DNA of 64,000 bases from positions 101,154-165,153 of the IMG/VR virus record IMGVR_UViG_3300021400_002728. One strand, written 5' to 3'. Below are positions 53,885 to 63,959 of this stretch, piece after piece. The position numbers were made by a program, and so were the translations under genes. Positions within the stretch are counted from its first letter, which is position 1, and every line of letters begins with the position of its first letter. The notes under the pieces were generated by a model, which saw only the letters and a program-made list of their open reading frames with translations, was not told the origin of the DNA and searched no databases. The stretch comes from a virus (Duplodnaviria > Heunggongvirae > Uroviricota > Caudoviricetes).

Positions 53885-54355
53885 TTATTTGTCAGTATCT
53901 GCCTCATCAAAGAATACAGCAGTGTTTTTCATGATCTGTAATAGTTGATCAGAAATTCCATATCGTTCAGCGTTCTTTTCAAGTGACTGAAGTAAGTTAC
54001 CATCATGTTGTCTGAATGTTGAAGCTTTCCAGTCTGCCATCATCTCAAGTAGATCTACGAATGTCATATCATTAACACCATTCTGATAATGCTCTGGATG
54101 ATGTTTGTTCTTAGCATAATGATGAGCAAGCGTAGGCTTAAGATCATCCAGATTCTGCTGATACTCAGGGGTTCCATATGTCAGGTTCTTAAGACGCTCA
54201 TTGAATTCTGCAAAACCTTCAGCTTCAGGCGACTCAAGTTTTGTCTTATCATGGTTGATACCTCGAAGCGTCAATTTATCCGTGATCATTTTGATATACT
54301 TTCTTACTAGCTCAATATGAGCGATTGTTTCGAGTTTACTTTCAGCTAATTTCAT
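53885..54355 (-). CDS. HD-like DUF5662-type protein
   Basis: HD.TK, HHYAKNKHHPEH, EMMADW. Confidence 0.7.
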   Translation of the reverse strand: MKLAESKLETIAHIELVRKYIKMITDKLTLRGINHDKTKLESPEAEGFAEFNERLKNLTYGTPEYQQNLDDLKPTLAHHYAKNKHHPEHYQNGVNDMTFVDLLEMMADWKASTFRQHDGNLLQSLEKNAERYGISDQLLQIMKNTAVFFDEADTDK

Positions 54356-54408
54356 AAGTAAATCTCCTTTCTAATTAGATACATCTATCTAATTAATATA
54401 AATAGCTT

Positions 54409-55344
54409 TTAAAATACCAACGCAGCTTTACTATCCCAAGAACTATACATCTTACCATTCTCACGGATAATATAGTATTTAGTCTCATTATTAGTTGTAT
54501 CTTTTGCCATAGAATCTACATCTACAACAATAGAAAAACCTTTATAATCATACTGTGCAGCACCGTAAGGAAGTCTCTGAATAAGCGATCCATTTTTGAT
54601 AACGGTATGGTCTACAGCCTTAATGATAAACTCACTGTATTCACAATTATCTTCAATCCATTTAGCTTCTTCAGTACCAGGATTACTCCACATCTTTCTA
54701 AAAGTAACCTGATCTGCATGAAGTTCCGAACATCTATCAAGGATCTTCTGAACAAATGATTCAAATGACTTAGATGATGCAGTAAGTCCTTTTTCTGTAA
54801 TATAACATTCATTATCTTTGTCAAATACATAATCAGTTACATTAACACATATTCTGACATTAAGATCAAGCGAATATGCATTATTACAAAGTTCTTCAAG
54901 ACAAAGTTTCTTATCTGCACACTCTTCAACGAATCTATTCTTCTCATCATCAAAGATATTGAATGTAGAAATTGCGATTGTGGTAACTCCAATAGACTTA
55001 AGGAACTTAAGATAATCCATATCTATAAAAGCTCCAGTAGTCTGAATTTCAATATTTACAAAAGGTTCAGGCAATGCCCTCATAGCAAGGTACAACGCCT
55101 CAAGCCAACGTCTATTCTGCTGAGGTTCATTAGATCCAGTTAGCATAAGAGTTGTACAGCCCTTCTTAATAGCATGTTCCATTCTCTTAATAGTATCATT
55201 CCAGTACTCAAATGTATCGCATTTAGTTCCATCATACTTATTACGATATGGATTAGTGTGCTGTCTTGCTGTACATGTTTTGCAGTGATTTATACATTTT
55301 CCAGTCTTTGAAGGACAACAGATAGATAAACTTTGAATAGCCAT
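54409..55344 (-). CDS. Radical SAM protein
   Basis: CINHCKTC, LTGSNEP, IQTTG. Confidence 0.8.
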   Translation of the reverse strand: MAIQSLSICCPSKTGKCINHCKTCTARQHTNPYRNKYDGTKCDTFEYWNDTIKRMEHAIKKGCTTLMLTGSNEPQQNRRWLEALYLAMRALPEPFVNIEIQTTGAFIDMDYLKFLKSIGVTTIAISTFNIFDDEKNRFVEECADKKLCLEELCNNAYSLDLNVRICVNVTDYVFDKDNECYITEKGLTASSKSFESFVQKILDRCSELHADQVTFRKMWSNPGTEEAKWIEDNCEYSEFIIKAVDHTVIKNGSLIQRLPYGAAQYDYKGFSIVVDVDSMAKDTTNNETKYYIIRENGKMYSSWDSKAALVF

Positions 55345-55345
55345 A

Positions 55346-55693
55346 TTATTTCTCCTCTATATATTTATCAATAATCTTAATGATCTCAGAGACATTTCCT
55401 ATCTCACGATACTCAGATATATCATTTTCATCGTAGTCATAATCTTCAAACCATTCACAAATAGCAGCTTCACCAAAAGTATCAGTGATTTCTGACTTGA
55501 TACTTTCAAGTGCTACTCTATATTTGGCATAGTTTTCTTTTATCTTTTCAAGGATTTTAGCTTGGCGATAGCTTGTATTAAATTCATCTATAAACTTTTC
55601 TAGATTTTCCTGAGAAATCTTAGTCATACCTAAGCGGTCAACATGACATCTGATGGTTCTACCATCAAGTAATTTATATTCTTTAACTTCCAT
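55346..55693 (-). CDS. Hypothetical protein with a C-terminal domain shared with 49042-49230
   Basis: ICEWFEDYDYDENDISEYR...IIKIIDKY. Confidence 0.65.
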   Translation of the reverse strand: MEVKEYKLLDGRTIRCHVDRLGMTKISQENLEKFIDEFNTSYRQAKILEKIKENYAKYRVALESIKSEITDTFGEAAICEWFEDYDYDENDISEYREIGNVSEIIKIIDKYIEEK

Positions 55694-56142
55694 ATTTATT
55701 CTCCATAATACTTTTCTTTAACTGAATTAAGCTGTGTGTTAATTAGATCAATAATAGCATTCATTCCTTTTGTTTCAAGCTGTTTGTATGTAACTGGAGC
55801 AGTTGAAGTATTCTGCATGATTTCTACAGCTTTTTCAGCTTCACGTTTAAGTGTTACTAATGTGTCGTATAATTCAGTTTCTCTGTAAAGACGACCATTA
55901 ATTACAAGATCAGTAACATGCTCGAATTTTTTTTAGAAGGGTTCATTGCATGTTCAGGTGTAAATTCAATTTGATACCATTCTCTCATATATAAATACCT
56001 CCGTTGTTATAATATTATTATAACTAGAAATTAAGAGAATGTAAATAGTTTTATGCAAGAAAAAAGAGCGTCTTGGGAGGAGAACGCCCTTTTTCCTATT
56101 AAGATGAGAAGAATTTATAACCAAAACGCTTTCACGTTTTAA

Positions 56143-56436
56143 TTATCTACCAAAAATATAATTTTCTTCATCCTCCTCCTCATCCTCTGAGTCATTTTCA
56201 TCAGAGAAATCGAATATACCTACAGTAGTTATATCTACATAGCCATGAATAAGTGCAAAATCTAAAAGATCATTATATGTAGTATCAGATACTATATTTT
56301 GTGATTCAAATGTACATTCGCCATCTGTCTCTGCAATAGAAAGTATCATTATACCTTCATTAGTTCGACCAATATCATCAACTAATATAAGTCTACTCTG
56401 TCTATCGTCATCATAAAATTTTACTCTGATATACAT
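56143..56436 (-). CDS. Hypothetical acidic protein
   Basis: 97 aa with GGAG RBS. Confidence 0.6.
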   Translation of the reverse strand: MYIRVKFYDDDRQSRLILVDDIGRTNEGIMILSIAETDGECTFESQNIVSDTTYNDLLDFALIHGYVDITTVGIFDFSDENDSEDEEEDEENYIFGR

Positions 56437-56439
56437 ATA

Positions 56440-56667
56440 TTATCTCCTATTCCAACTCTCTATAGCCATATTTACATATTTGTCATCATTAATGTTTTTG
56501 TAAGATTCACCTTCATCTAGAGTAACAATCAATCTTGGACCATAACAATGGCAGTCTTCGCAATACATAGCAATATGTCTTTGTATTTTGCGTCTATCAC
56601 TACTAGTAGTCTTTGATGAATACTCTATCTTTGTACTCTTACAAAATGGACAAGGTTTTATCTGCAT
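56440..56667 (-). CDS. Lar-family restriction alleviation-like Zn-finger protein
   Basis: KPCPFC...CEDC..GP...AIESWNRR. Confidence 0.75.
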   Translation of the reverse strand: MQIKPCPFCKSTKIEYSSKTTSSDRRKIQRHIAMYCEDCHCYGPRLIVTLDEGESYKNINDDKYVNMAIESWNRR

Positions 56668-56669
56668 AC

Positions 56670-56984
56670 TTATACTCTCACATACTGATGTTTATTTGCA
56701 ACATACTTAGCTTCGATCTTAGAAGTAGAAAGCATGATACCAGTAAGTCCAGGTCTTTCAGAATTCTCAGAAGATCTCTGCCAGAAAATATACTTCCAAC
56801 CAGCATCAAAATACTTTCCTAAAAGAGCATCCATTACTTCATTCTGATACTCACCTTTAAGAATTGCATACTCCCAAGGATAATCTCCATGAAAGTCCTT
56901 AATAGACTGATCCATTTCCTTAATTAGCTCGTCAATCTTTGATTTATCAATACTTAACTGCTTCACATCATTAGGTGTAATCAT
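56670..56984 (-). CDS. Hypothetical protein
   Basis: 104 aa. Confidence 0.6.
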   Translation of the reverse strand: MITPNDVKQLSIDKSKIDELIKEMDQSIKDFHGDYPWEYAILKGEYQNEVMDALLGKYFDAGWKYIFWQRSSENSERPGLTGIMLSTSKIEAKYVANKHQYVRV

Positions 56985-57265
56985 TTATTTGTCTCCTCTC
57001 TAAGTAAATCTTCTACATGTTTATTAAACAATGATTCAAACTCTGCAACTGTCATAAGTGACTTAGCATCTTCAAATGACATACTAGATTCATCAAATGA
57101 CATACTTGTTATATTTGGAATCCATTTACCGTCAGGCTGTTTATTATGTCGTTCTATTCTTAGTCTATCTTCATGCATTTCTTCTTCTGTAAGATAGAAT
57201 TTATATGAGTTATTCTCGTATTCATATTCTATAGTCTGTTCTATATATAATACGTAGATTTTCAT
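56981..57265 (-). CDS. Hypothetical protein
   Basis: 94 aa. Confidence 0.6.
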   Translation of the reverse strand: MKIYVLYIEQTIEYEYENNSYKFYLTEEEMHEDRLRIERHNKQPDGKWIPNITSMSFDESSMSFEDAKSLMTVAEFESLFNKHVEDLLREETNK

Positions 57266-57274
57266 AATATCTCC

Positions 57275-57715
57275 TTAGGGCCAATCACATACCAAGATAT
57301 CAATATGCGTATTAGCAAATACTTTTAGGATTATAGAATGTACTTTCAACCAGTCTAATCCATCAAGACCACAACCAATCTTTGGAATAGCTAGTCTCAT
57401 AAGTGCTCTACTTACCATATATTCTTTGAGTTCTACTAAGCTCTGTTCAAGAGTTTCATAAGTAGGTTTGTCATAAACATTGTTCTTAGTAACAAGATTT
57501 ACAACTGTATAGTTATCCATAGGACATACTCGAATATATCCTCTATCTTCCCAGATTCTTTCCGGGTACATAGTCTTTAGAGTATTTTTAACTCCTCTAT
57601 TAGTGAACTGCTTAGCAATTCCTGCACCCATTACAAAATCTGAAGATATACAATGAGCTAAAATATAACCAGTTCCTACAGTAAATAAATCTCTATGCTC
57701 TTCACTGTACTGCAT
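57275..57715 (-). CDS. Macrodomain protein (TARG1/DarG-like)
   Basis: AHCIS.D..MGAGIA..F, NLVTK, PKIGCGLDGL.W. Confidence 0.88.
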   Translation of the reverse strand: MQYSEEHRDLFTVGTGYILAHCISSDFVMGAGIAKQFTNRGVKNTLKTMYPERIWEDRGYIRVCPMDNYTVVNLVTKNNVYDKPTYETLEQSLVELKEYMVSRALMRLAIPKIGCGLDGLDWLKVHSIILKVFANTHIDILVCDWP

Positions 57716-58121
57716 AAGTTTCCTCCTTTACTTTAATCCGATCTTTTACAAAAACTACATAAGGAACTCCACCTGAAAGTGCTGGCCACATCTCTCTAGG
57801 AAGTAAATATTTCAACCAGCCTGCAGCAATTCCAAGAAGCATAAGCTGTTCTATTGTACGATGATCTGCCCATTGTTCACCAGATTTAGTAGCAGCCATC
57901 TGAAGAAATGACCATCCACCTCCCTTATCCTCTTTGAATGTATCATCAAGTTCATTAAGCATCATTTTGATAGTAAGTGAATAATCATCGATCTTTTTAG
58001 GTACAAAACCAACATTTGTCACAATTCCTCTAGCTGGAATAAACTTAGTACCAGGTTCTGGTTCAGATTTGAATAAGCAATCCATAAATACTTCATTTAC
58101 TTTGCTAGCAGTAAGTTCCAT
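57702..58121 (-). CDS. Hypothetical protein
   Basis: 139 aa. Confidence 0.65.
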   Translation of the reverse strand: MELTASKVNEVFMDCLFKSEPEPGTKFIPARGIVTNVGFVPKKIDDYSLTIKMMLNELDDTFKEDKGGGWSFLQMAATKSGEQWADHRTIEQLMLLGIAAGWLKYLLPREMWPALSGGVPYVVFVKDRIKVKEETYAVQ

Positions 58122-58123
58122 AA

Positions 58124-59407
58124 TTATTTCTCCTTCTTAGCAATTTCGATTAGTCTATCAATAATATGAGACCAATCAGTAAATTCTTGTACATCACCCT
58201 TATAAGAAAGTTTAATAGTCTTTGAACTATGATCATAAAATGTATCTCTTATAATTTCATCTTTCTTTTCTTTTATAATTTCAGCTTCAGATTTCTTAGT
58301 TCCCCAGGCAAGATTACATTTAATGCTGTCACTAAGTTCATGTTCATACCAATCAGCATTCTGTAACCATTTAGGGAATTTATCTGAAGCGTATATTTCT
58401 TCAACACATTTATTATAAGAAGCTTTAGTTTTCTCAAGTATCTTTATAGTAGCTTCCTTATCATGTCTAAAGATAGAGAATGCTTTATTGATAAAGTATC
58501 TAATAGAGTAATATCTATCAGTAGCATCATTCTTTTCTGCTAGCATGTAATCAACTAGATCTTTATAATAAGTAGGAGTTTCTTCAAAGATCTGTTCACC
58601 TTCCTGTCTAGATGGACATTTAGGTTTAAGATAATCGTAAGAAATATCCTCAAGAATCTCTTTATAAATATCATTCATTTTTAGATTCTTATTTTCAGGA
58701 TATATATTTCCATATAAAGGATAATCTGGTCTAGTAAAGTCAAGACTAATAGTCAACTGACTATCTCTTCTAGGCCAAGAATAACCACCACCATTATCAC
58801 AGTTAAATGATACGATCTTAGAAAACATACCAAACATTATATCACTAGTAGTAAGTGTCTGATATTTATATCCAATCCTCCATTTAGTAGTTTTCTTCTT
58901 AGCTACATCTTTCTTTAACTGCTCATCTTTAAGAAGTTCCTGATATGAAGGCATATTCTTATGAAGTACTCCAAGCTGTCCATTTTTACGAGCAAAGAAT
59001 ACTTTCTCATCAGTCTTACCTTTATTCATGACAGTCTCAAGAATTAGATCACAGAGAATATCAGCATTGATACCTACTGCAAAAGGTTTAATTCCTTTCT
59101 TTTCCATAAGACACATCCAGAAAGAAAGCTTTCCACCTTGCCAAGAATTTCCAGCAGCAGAAATAATCTGGAAGGAAAAGTCTTTATTGTCAGTTTCTAC
59201 AATTGTAGGTTCTCTACGAGTCTTGGTCTTATAATCATTACTATACTCATAGCTTTCAGCCCATCTTACACCAGACTCAATTGCTTTCTTATTTTTTGCT
59301 TCAGCAACATAAGCTTTAGGATATTTCTTTCCATCATATTCCATATAGTCATCAGTTGAATATATGATAGAAATATCACCGATTTGTTTCCATCCAGAAT
59401 ATTCCAT
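58124..59407 (-). CDS. Hypothetical protein
   Basis: 427 aa, no recognised motif. Confidence 0.75.
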   Translation of the reverse strand: MEYSGWKQIGDISIIYSTDDYMEYDGKKYPKAYVAEAKNKKAIESGVRWAESYEYSNDYKTKTRREPTIVETDNKDFSFQIISAAGNSWQGGKLSFWMCLMEKKGIKPFAVGINADILCDLILETVMNKGKTDEKVFFARKNGQLGVLHKNMPSYQELLKDEQLKKDVAKKKTTKWRIGYKYQTLTTSDIMFGMFSKIVSFNCDNGGGYSWPRRDSQLTISLDFTRPDYPLYGNIYPENKNLKMNDIYKEILEDISYDYLKPKCPSRQEGEQIFEETPTYYKDLVDYMLAEKNDATDRYYSIRYFINKAFSIFRHDKEATIKILEKTKASYNKCVEEIYASDKFPKWLQNADWYEHELSDSIKCNLAWGTKKSEAEIIKEKKDEIIRDTFYDHSSKTIKLSYKGDVQEFTDWSHIIDRLIEIAKKEK

Positions 59408-59419
59408 GTGTTCGTCTCC

Positions 59420-60376
59420 TTAAATCATTTTAGTGATGGACTCTTTAAGAGCCTTCCATTTAGGGTGTGTTGCTTTCTGATGATCGAGTACATCGACAAT
59501 CTCCTGAATACTTGACTTTCCAAGATTCTTGATATTAATAAGATCAATTGCGTCAGCATTATAAAGATCGTTGAGAGTCTTATATCCTGCAGTCTTAAGT
59601 GCATTGTTAGTTCTTACTGAGAGATTAAGATCATCGATAGGTTTATTGAATACTTCAATAACCGCCTCGTTAACCTGGTTGACTGAGAGGTTAGGATAAT
59701 TAGACTCAATATATTTATTTATTGCTTTAACATCAGGGATCATAGAGAGGTAATTCTGAAGCTTTGAGAACTCTGTATAAGCAGCATCACACTCGGTCAT
59801 TTTATCTACCTTATACTGAGTAAACTCGTTGATTTTGTCTACATAATCTGCAAAGAATACCTCGGTGATAATAGAAGAATTACGAAGCTTTTCGATAGCA
59901 GCATCATCAATAGCCTTAACTCTTACTCGAGTAAGACCAAGCTCTTTACCGATTGTTTCATAACTCATTGGATCTGCCTTATATCCAGCATGCTTTGAAA
60001 CAACTTCAAAATAACGATCAGTCAAATTCTTCTTAATAACTGACCAAAGTCTGTTTTCATCATATTCAGGGAATACGACTTTCTGTCCAGCTTCTATATT
60101 AAAAATTCTCTTAAGAAGCTTGTCAGAAGGAGTATCAAGTTCGTCAATAAGACCTGCAAGTTCATCAGGTTCAATATAACGAATTCTGCTCTTAAAGTAC
60201 ATAGAGAAGGAAGTCTGAAGTTCGGTGTTTAGAGACTGAGGTCTAAGTCCGCATTCTCTACCGATCTGTGCAAGGGTGACTTCATCATTCTCTGCCTTTT
60301 TCAAAAGAACAAGTAATTTTTCAAGCTGCTCTCTTGTTTCTGTAATTCTGTTCTTATTCTGAATACTTCTTGCCAT
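59420..60376 (-). CDS. Regulator fusing a sigma70 region-4 HTH to an RNA polymerase alpha-CTD-like domain
   Basis: MSYETIGKELGLTRVRVKAI..AAIEKLR and PIDDLNLSVRTNNALK.AG..T...L....NLGKSS..EI. Confidence 0.8.
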   Translation of the reverse strand: MARSIQNKNRITETREQLEKLLVLLKKAENDEVTLAQIGRECGLRPQSLNTELQTSFSMYFKSRIRYIEPDELAGLIDELDTPSDKLLKRIFNIEAGQKVVFPEYDENRLWSVIKKNLTDRYFEVVSKHAGYKADPMSYETIGKELGLTRVRVKAIDDAAIEKLRNSSIITEVFFADYVDKINEFTQYKVDKMTECDAAYTEFSKLQNYLSMIPDVKAINKYIESNYPNLSVNQVNEAVIEVFNKPIDDLNLSVRTNNALKTAGYKTLNDLYNADAIDLINIKNLGKSSIQEIVDVLDHQKATHPKWKALKESITKMI

Positions 60377-60391
60377 AATAACTCTCCTTTG

Positions 60392-60676
60392 TTATCCTTC
60401 GTATAATTCAAATCTATACGTCTGTTTAATGTTAGGGTACTTGTTATGATCTACTTCCGACATAAACATATCGAAAGGTCGTGCATAAGTAAGTTTCTCA
60501 CCATACAGCGCTCTATATACTACTAATTTCTCTTTTGTTTCAGTATGGTTAGCTATACCAAGAACTTCATATAAGTACTGAGTTCCTTTTTCTCCTTCAA
60601 CCATTTCTCTCTTAAAGTGCTGTACAATATCTCCCGGTCTAAAATCATGGACCTTAATGTCTGTAATCTGTAACAT
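60392..60676 (-). CDS. DUF1653 family protein
   Basis: HFK, YEV...A.HTET.E..VVYRALYG, RP..MF.S. Confidence 0.85.
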   Translation of the reverse strand: MLQITDIKVHDFRPGDIVQHFKREMVEGEKGTQYLYEVLGIANHTETKEKLVVYRALYGEKLTYARPFDMFMSEVDHNKYPNIKQTYRFELYEG

Positions 60677-60733
60677 ACTAATATCTCCTTTACTAACTTC
60701 TTATATATAAAAACTACAAACTGTAGTGTTATT

Positions 60734-60991
60734 TTAATTATTAGACCAAAACTCCCAAGCAGAATCAGACATATTAGATAGTACTGCAATATCATCAGTT
60801 CTGATAATACCTACTTTATTTTTCCATACAACAGTGCATTCAGAAACCATATCGATCAATTCACATCCATGTGCATTTAATATTCTAACTGCTTGTTCTC
60901 TCATGTAGATTACCTCATTATAACAAGAGCCACTTTTATTGTTTATATTCATTATAAACAGTTTATATATAAATGTAAATAGTTTTTTCAA
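60734..60991 (-). CDS. Hypothetical protein (likely start at ATG 60904)
   Basis: GAGGT RBS and promoter precede the internal MREQAV. Confidence 0.5.
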   Translation of the reverse strand: MKKLFTFIYKLFIMNINNKSGSCYNEVIYMREQAVRILNAHGCELIDMVSECTVVWKNKVGIIRTDDIAVLSNMSDSAWEFWSNN

Positions 60992-61292
60992 AAAAGTTGC
61001 ATTATTTTACAAATAAAAAAGAGCAGTGCAATGTTACTTGCGCCACTCATTGAAATCAGTCATCATTTGTTCTTCTTTAAGTTCTTTATCTAGAGCATCA
61101 AAAAATGCACAGGGAATATAAAGTAATCCTACACAAATAAGTACTACTAACCAGAATGTTTTCATTATCAGCCACAAAATACCATATACGATTTTCATTG
61201 TGTTGTCCTTTCTTAAAAGAAGAAGGACCTGTCATAACGGATTTACAACGGGCCCTTCAATTTATGGAGGTATTTTTTGAAAGATGTCTTAG

Positions 61293-62330
61293 TTACTCAA
61301 GGGCTCTAAGAAGATCGTCTGCAGTAAGGACATATTCCTTAATCTCTTCAGCTCTGTCTGCAAGAGGCTGAGGAATAGGCTGTGCATGACCATCAACATT
61401 AAGGTTCATAGTTCCATAGATCTTGAACTCAGGATGAATTTTAATGGTACGACCCTGGAAATCGATAGATTCCTTATTGTCAGTGATAGTCTGAAGGAAT
61501 CTAAGAGTAGGATAAGGAAGAAGATTGATCTCATCAAGAAGGATCTTCTCACCATTTTCCATTGCAACACAGATATCAGAAGGATCAAAGTTAGGCTTAC
61601 CATCAGTAAATCCAAACTTCTGGATAACATCTGAAGGAAGCATATCAGATGCACAAGGAATCTGCTTAGTAGTAAGAGCAGTGGCATCATAAGTCTTACC
61701 AGCACCAGGTGCACCGTAGTAAATTATGAGACGAGTATTGATGGGCTTAGGGGTAGGTCCGCTAGATTTAAGTTGTGCAACGATCTTTGCAAATTCAGGA
61801 GACTTTACCTTTTCTGCAATTGCCATTGCATCGGGATGATCCATTACATAGAAGTAATTTCTTGTATATGCCTGAGGATCTTTATTAAGTACGAGGCTGT
61901 TTACATATCTAAGAGATACGTCAACCTTCCACTCAGAGAAGAACTCAATGAGCTTCTGAAGAGCAGCTTTTGCCTTAGTCTTATCAAGAACTCTCTTGAC
62001 CTCACCAGTAACAGGATCAACTTCAGTTACAGATGTATCATAAAGTCTATTAGGAATTTCATCCTCAGGTACACCTGCCATAAGAAGAATCTGTTTAATT
62101 GCAACATTCTTCTCTTCAGGTGTCTTACTAGTAGTCTTAACGATCTTAAGAATCTTATCACCTAAAGAATGCTCAGTAGGATTCTTCTTAGGTGAGTAAA
62201 TTTTCTCACTAGTATCACCTGGCGCGTTAAACAGACTGGTCATAATGTTGCCGTTCTGTGCATAGATGAATGCGTTAGATTTCTTGTTAATTGTTGGCAT
62301 AATACTTACCTCCATAATGCTTGTACTCAA
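61293..62330 (-). CDS. MoxR/CbbQ-like AAA+ ATPase
   Basis: GAPGAGKT, LLDEIN, GTMN, LADR. Confidence 0.85.
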   Translation of the reverse strand: MSTSIMEVSIMPTINKKSNAFIYAQNGNIMTSLFNAPGDTSEKIYSPKKNPTEHSLGDKILKIVKTTSKTPEEKNVAIKQILLMAGVPEDEIPNRLYDTSVTEVDPVTGEVKRVLDKTKAKAALQKLIEFFSEWKVDVSLRYVNSLVLNKDPQAYTRNYFYVMDHPDAMAIAEKVKSPEFAKIVAQLKSSGPTPKPINTRLIIYYGAPGAGKTYDATALTTKQIPCASDMLPSDVIQKFGFTDGKPNFDPSDICVAMENGEKILLDEINLLPYPTLRFLQTITDNKESIDFQGRTIKIHPEFKIYGTMNLNVDGHAQPIPQPLADRAEEIKEYVLTADDLLRALE

Positions 62331-62410
62331 TCGATCATTTATTTTATGATTTTATTATAACAAGAAAACATACTAATGTAAATAGTTTTTCTTAACTTTT
62401 TCAAAATATT

Positions 62411-62689
62411 TTAATTCTCGCCAAATACTTCTTCAAAAGTTTTTGTAGGAACTCCAACTATAGACAACATTGCATTGATTGCTTTTAACTTTTGCTCTTC
62501 AGTATGTTTAGTATCGTGTATAATTTTTAGTATTTTATCAGCTGCGATAAACTTTTGAGATTCTTCTGGAACATTACAATTATATGAATATGAATATACT
62601 GTATCATCTCCAGGTTTATTGAATATATCAGTGCTAATAGTAACTTTAGTATGTTCTTTATTAGATTCCTTATAAATAAACATTGGCAT
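62411..62689 (-). CDS. Hypothetical protein
   Basis: 92 aa with GAGGAG RBS. Confidence 0.6.
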   Translation of the reverse strand: MPMFIYKESNKEHTKVTISTDIFNKPGDDTVYSYSYNCNVPEESQKFIAADKILKIIHDTKHTEEQKLKAINAMLSIVGVPTKTFEEVFGEN

Positions 62690-62780
62690 TCAGTCTCCTC
62701 TATGATGTAAGTTAATAGTTTATTTTATAGGAATATAATAACAAGTTTAGAGGTAAATGTAAATAGTATTTTTATGTATT

Positions 62781-63014
62781 TTACGAAATTGTTCTTTCAA
62801 AACCATGCTCTCTAAAGAAACTTGTTACACCTGCCTGTGTACCAAATCTACCATATTTCTTATAAAGCTTATTTAGTTCCTTTATAGTGTTGTCCCATTG
62901 TTTTTCTTGTTCTTTTTCTGAAAGATCCTGCCAATCTTTATGTACAAACTCATATTTAATTGTTTTTAAGTGGTCTTCATCACCGCTATTTACTCGAATA
63001 AAAAATCTGATCAT
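62781..63014 (-). CDS. Hypothetical protein
   Basis: 77 aa. Confidence 0.55.
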   Translation of the reverse strand: MIRFFIRVNSGDEDHLKTIKYEFVHKDWQDLSEKEQEKQWDNTIKELNKLYKKYGRFGTQAGVTSFFREHGFERTIS

Positions 63015-63412
63015 TGTTTAATTTCCTCCTTATCTATTTTATGAGAATAACTTAATAAAAGTATTCCTAAGATCAAACAAATAATTTCAATATAAGTATG
63101 ACCGATTAAGAAAAATGCCACACCTAAGAATATAAATCCACCTAAAGCAAATAGTCTGTATTTACCTTTGATAAAGATAAATCTGACTATGTTTGTAAGA
63201 AACCATAAAATAGTAGAAACAGCTCCTATATTTGATAATGCAACCATTAAAGGCACATTATATTTGAGTTCTAACATTTCAGTATTATTACCCAACCAGG
63301 GACTAGTAATCTCTCCTAAGGCTACTTCTAAAGTATAGTCAAATGTAACTACTACCATTATGATTGTTATAATTAACAAAACTATTTCAGCAATAGTAAG
63401 TCCAATTAACAA
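63011..63412 (-). CDS. Hypothetical multi-TM membrane protein
   Basis: 133 aa, about four TM helices. Confidence 0.65.
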   Translation of the reverse strand: MLIGLTIAEIVLLIITIIMVVVTFDYTLEVALGEITSPWLGNNTEMLELKYNVPLMVALSNIGAVSTILWFLTNIVRFIFIKGKYRLFALGGFIFLGVAFFLIGHTYIEIICLILGILLLSYSHKIDKEEIKQ

Positions 63413-63464
63413 TTTCTAGTATTGGTTATATGGAAGTTTCTCCATCCTATATCTCCTTCCGTTT

Positions 63465-63959
63465 TTATTTTGTTATGACCTCAAATGGACTTATATACCA
63501 TTTACCGCATTTATAATCAGCATACTTAACTAATCCAACTTGATCATAGATCTTACAATTACTATCATCTATAGCAGTCATCCAGAAATATTTGACTCCA
63601 TATTGATAGTTTGGATCATTCATTCTATATTCTTGACCAGGCTTGACCTTGATATTATCTTGAATTATATCTTTAAGATCAATTTCAATAAAAGCACCAT
63701 AATGACCTATAACTATTCGATCATACTTACTACAAATCTTAGTTCCACAATGTGTATATAATGGAATATTCTTTCCTTTGATTTCAAAACCAGGTTTATT
63801 TTCTACTTTATATAATGTTCCACTAAATTCTTTTGGAATAGTAGAACAGTATTTTTCCATATTCATTTTAGCTATAAGACTTGGTAAAAGTTTATACTTA
63901 TATTGCTTAGCTAAACTTTCTTGCAAACTGAGCATTTCTTTTCCTATCTCGCTAATCAT
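63465..63959 (-). CDS. Hypothetical protein
   Basis: 164 aa. Confidence 0.65.
   Translation of the reverse strand: MISEIGKEMLSLQESLAKQYKYKLLPSLIAKMNMEKYCSTIPKEFSGTLYKVENKPGFEIKGKNIPLYTHCGTKICSKYDRIVIGHYGAFIEIDLKDIIQDNIKVKPGQEYRMNDPNYQYGVKYFWMTAIDDSNCKIYDQVGLVKYADYKCGKWYISPFEVITK

Noticed and set aside
2191-63761. Plus-strand ORFs in the six-frame track
   Set aside because: They are shadows of minus-strand genes or tRNAs with no recognisable motifs or RBS; minus-strand ORFs that overlap tRNAs or known genes out of frame were also ignored
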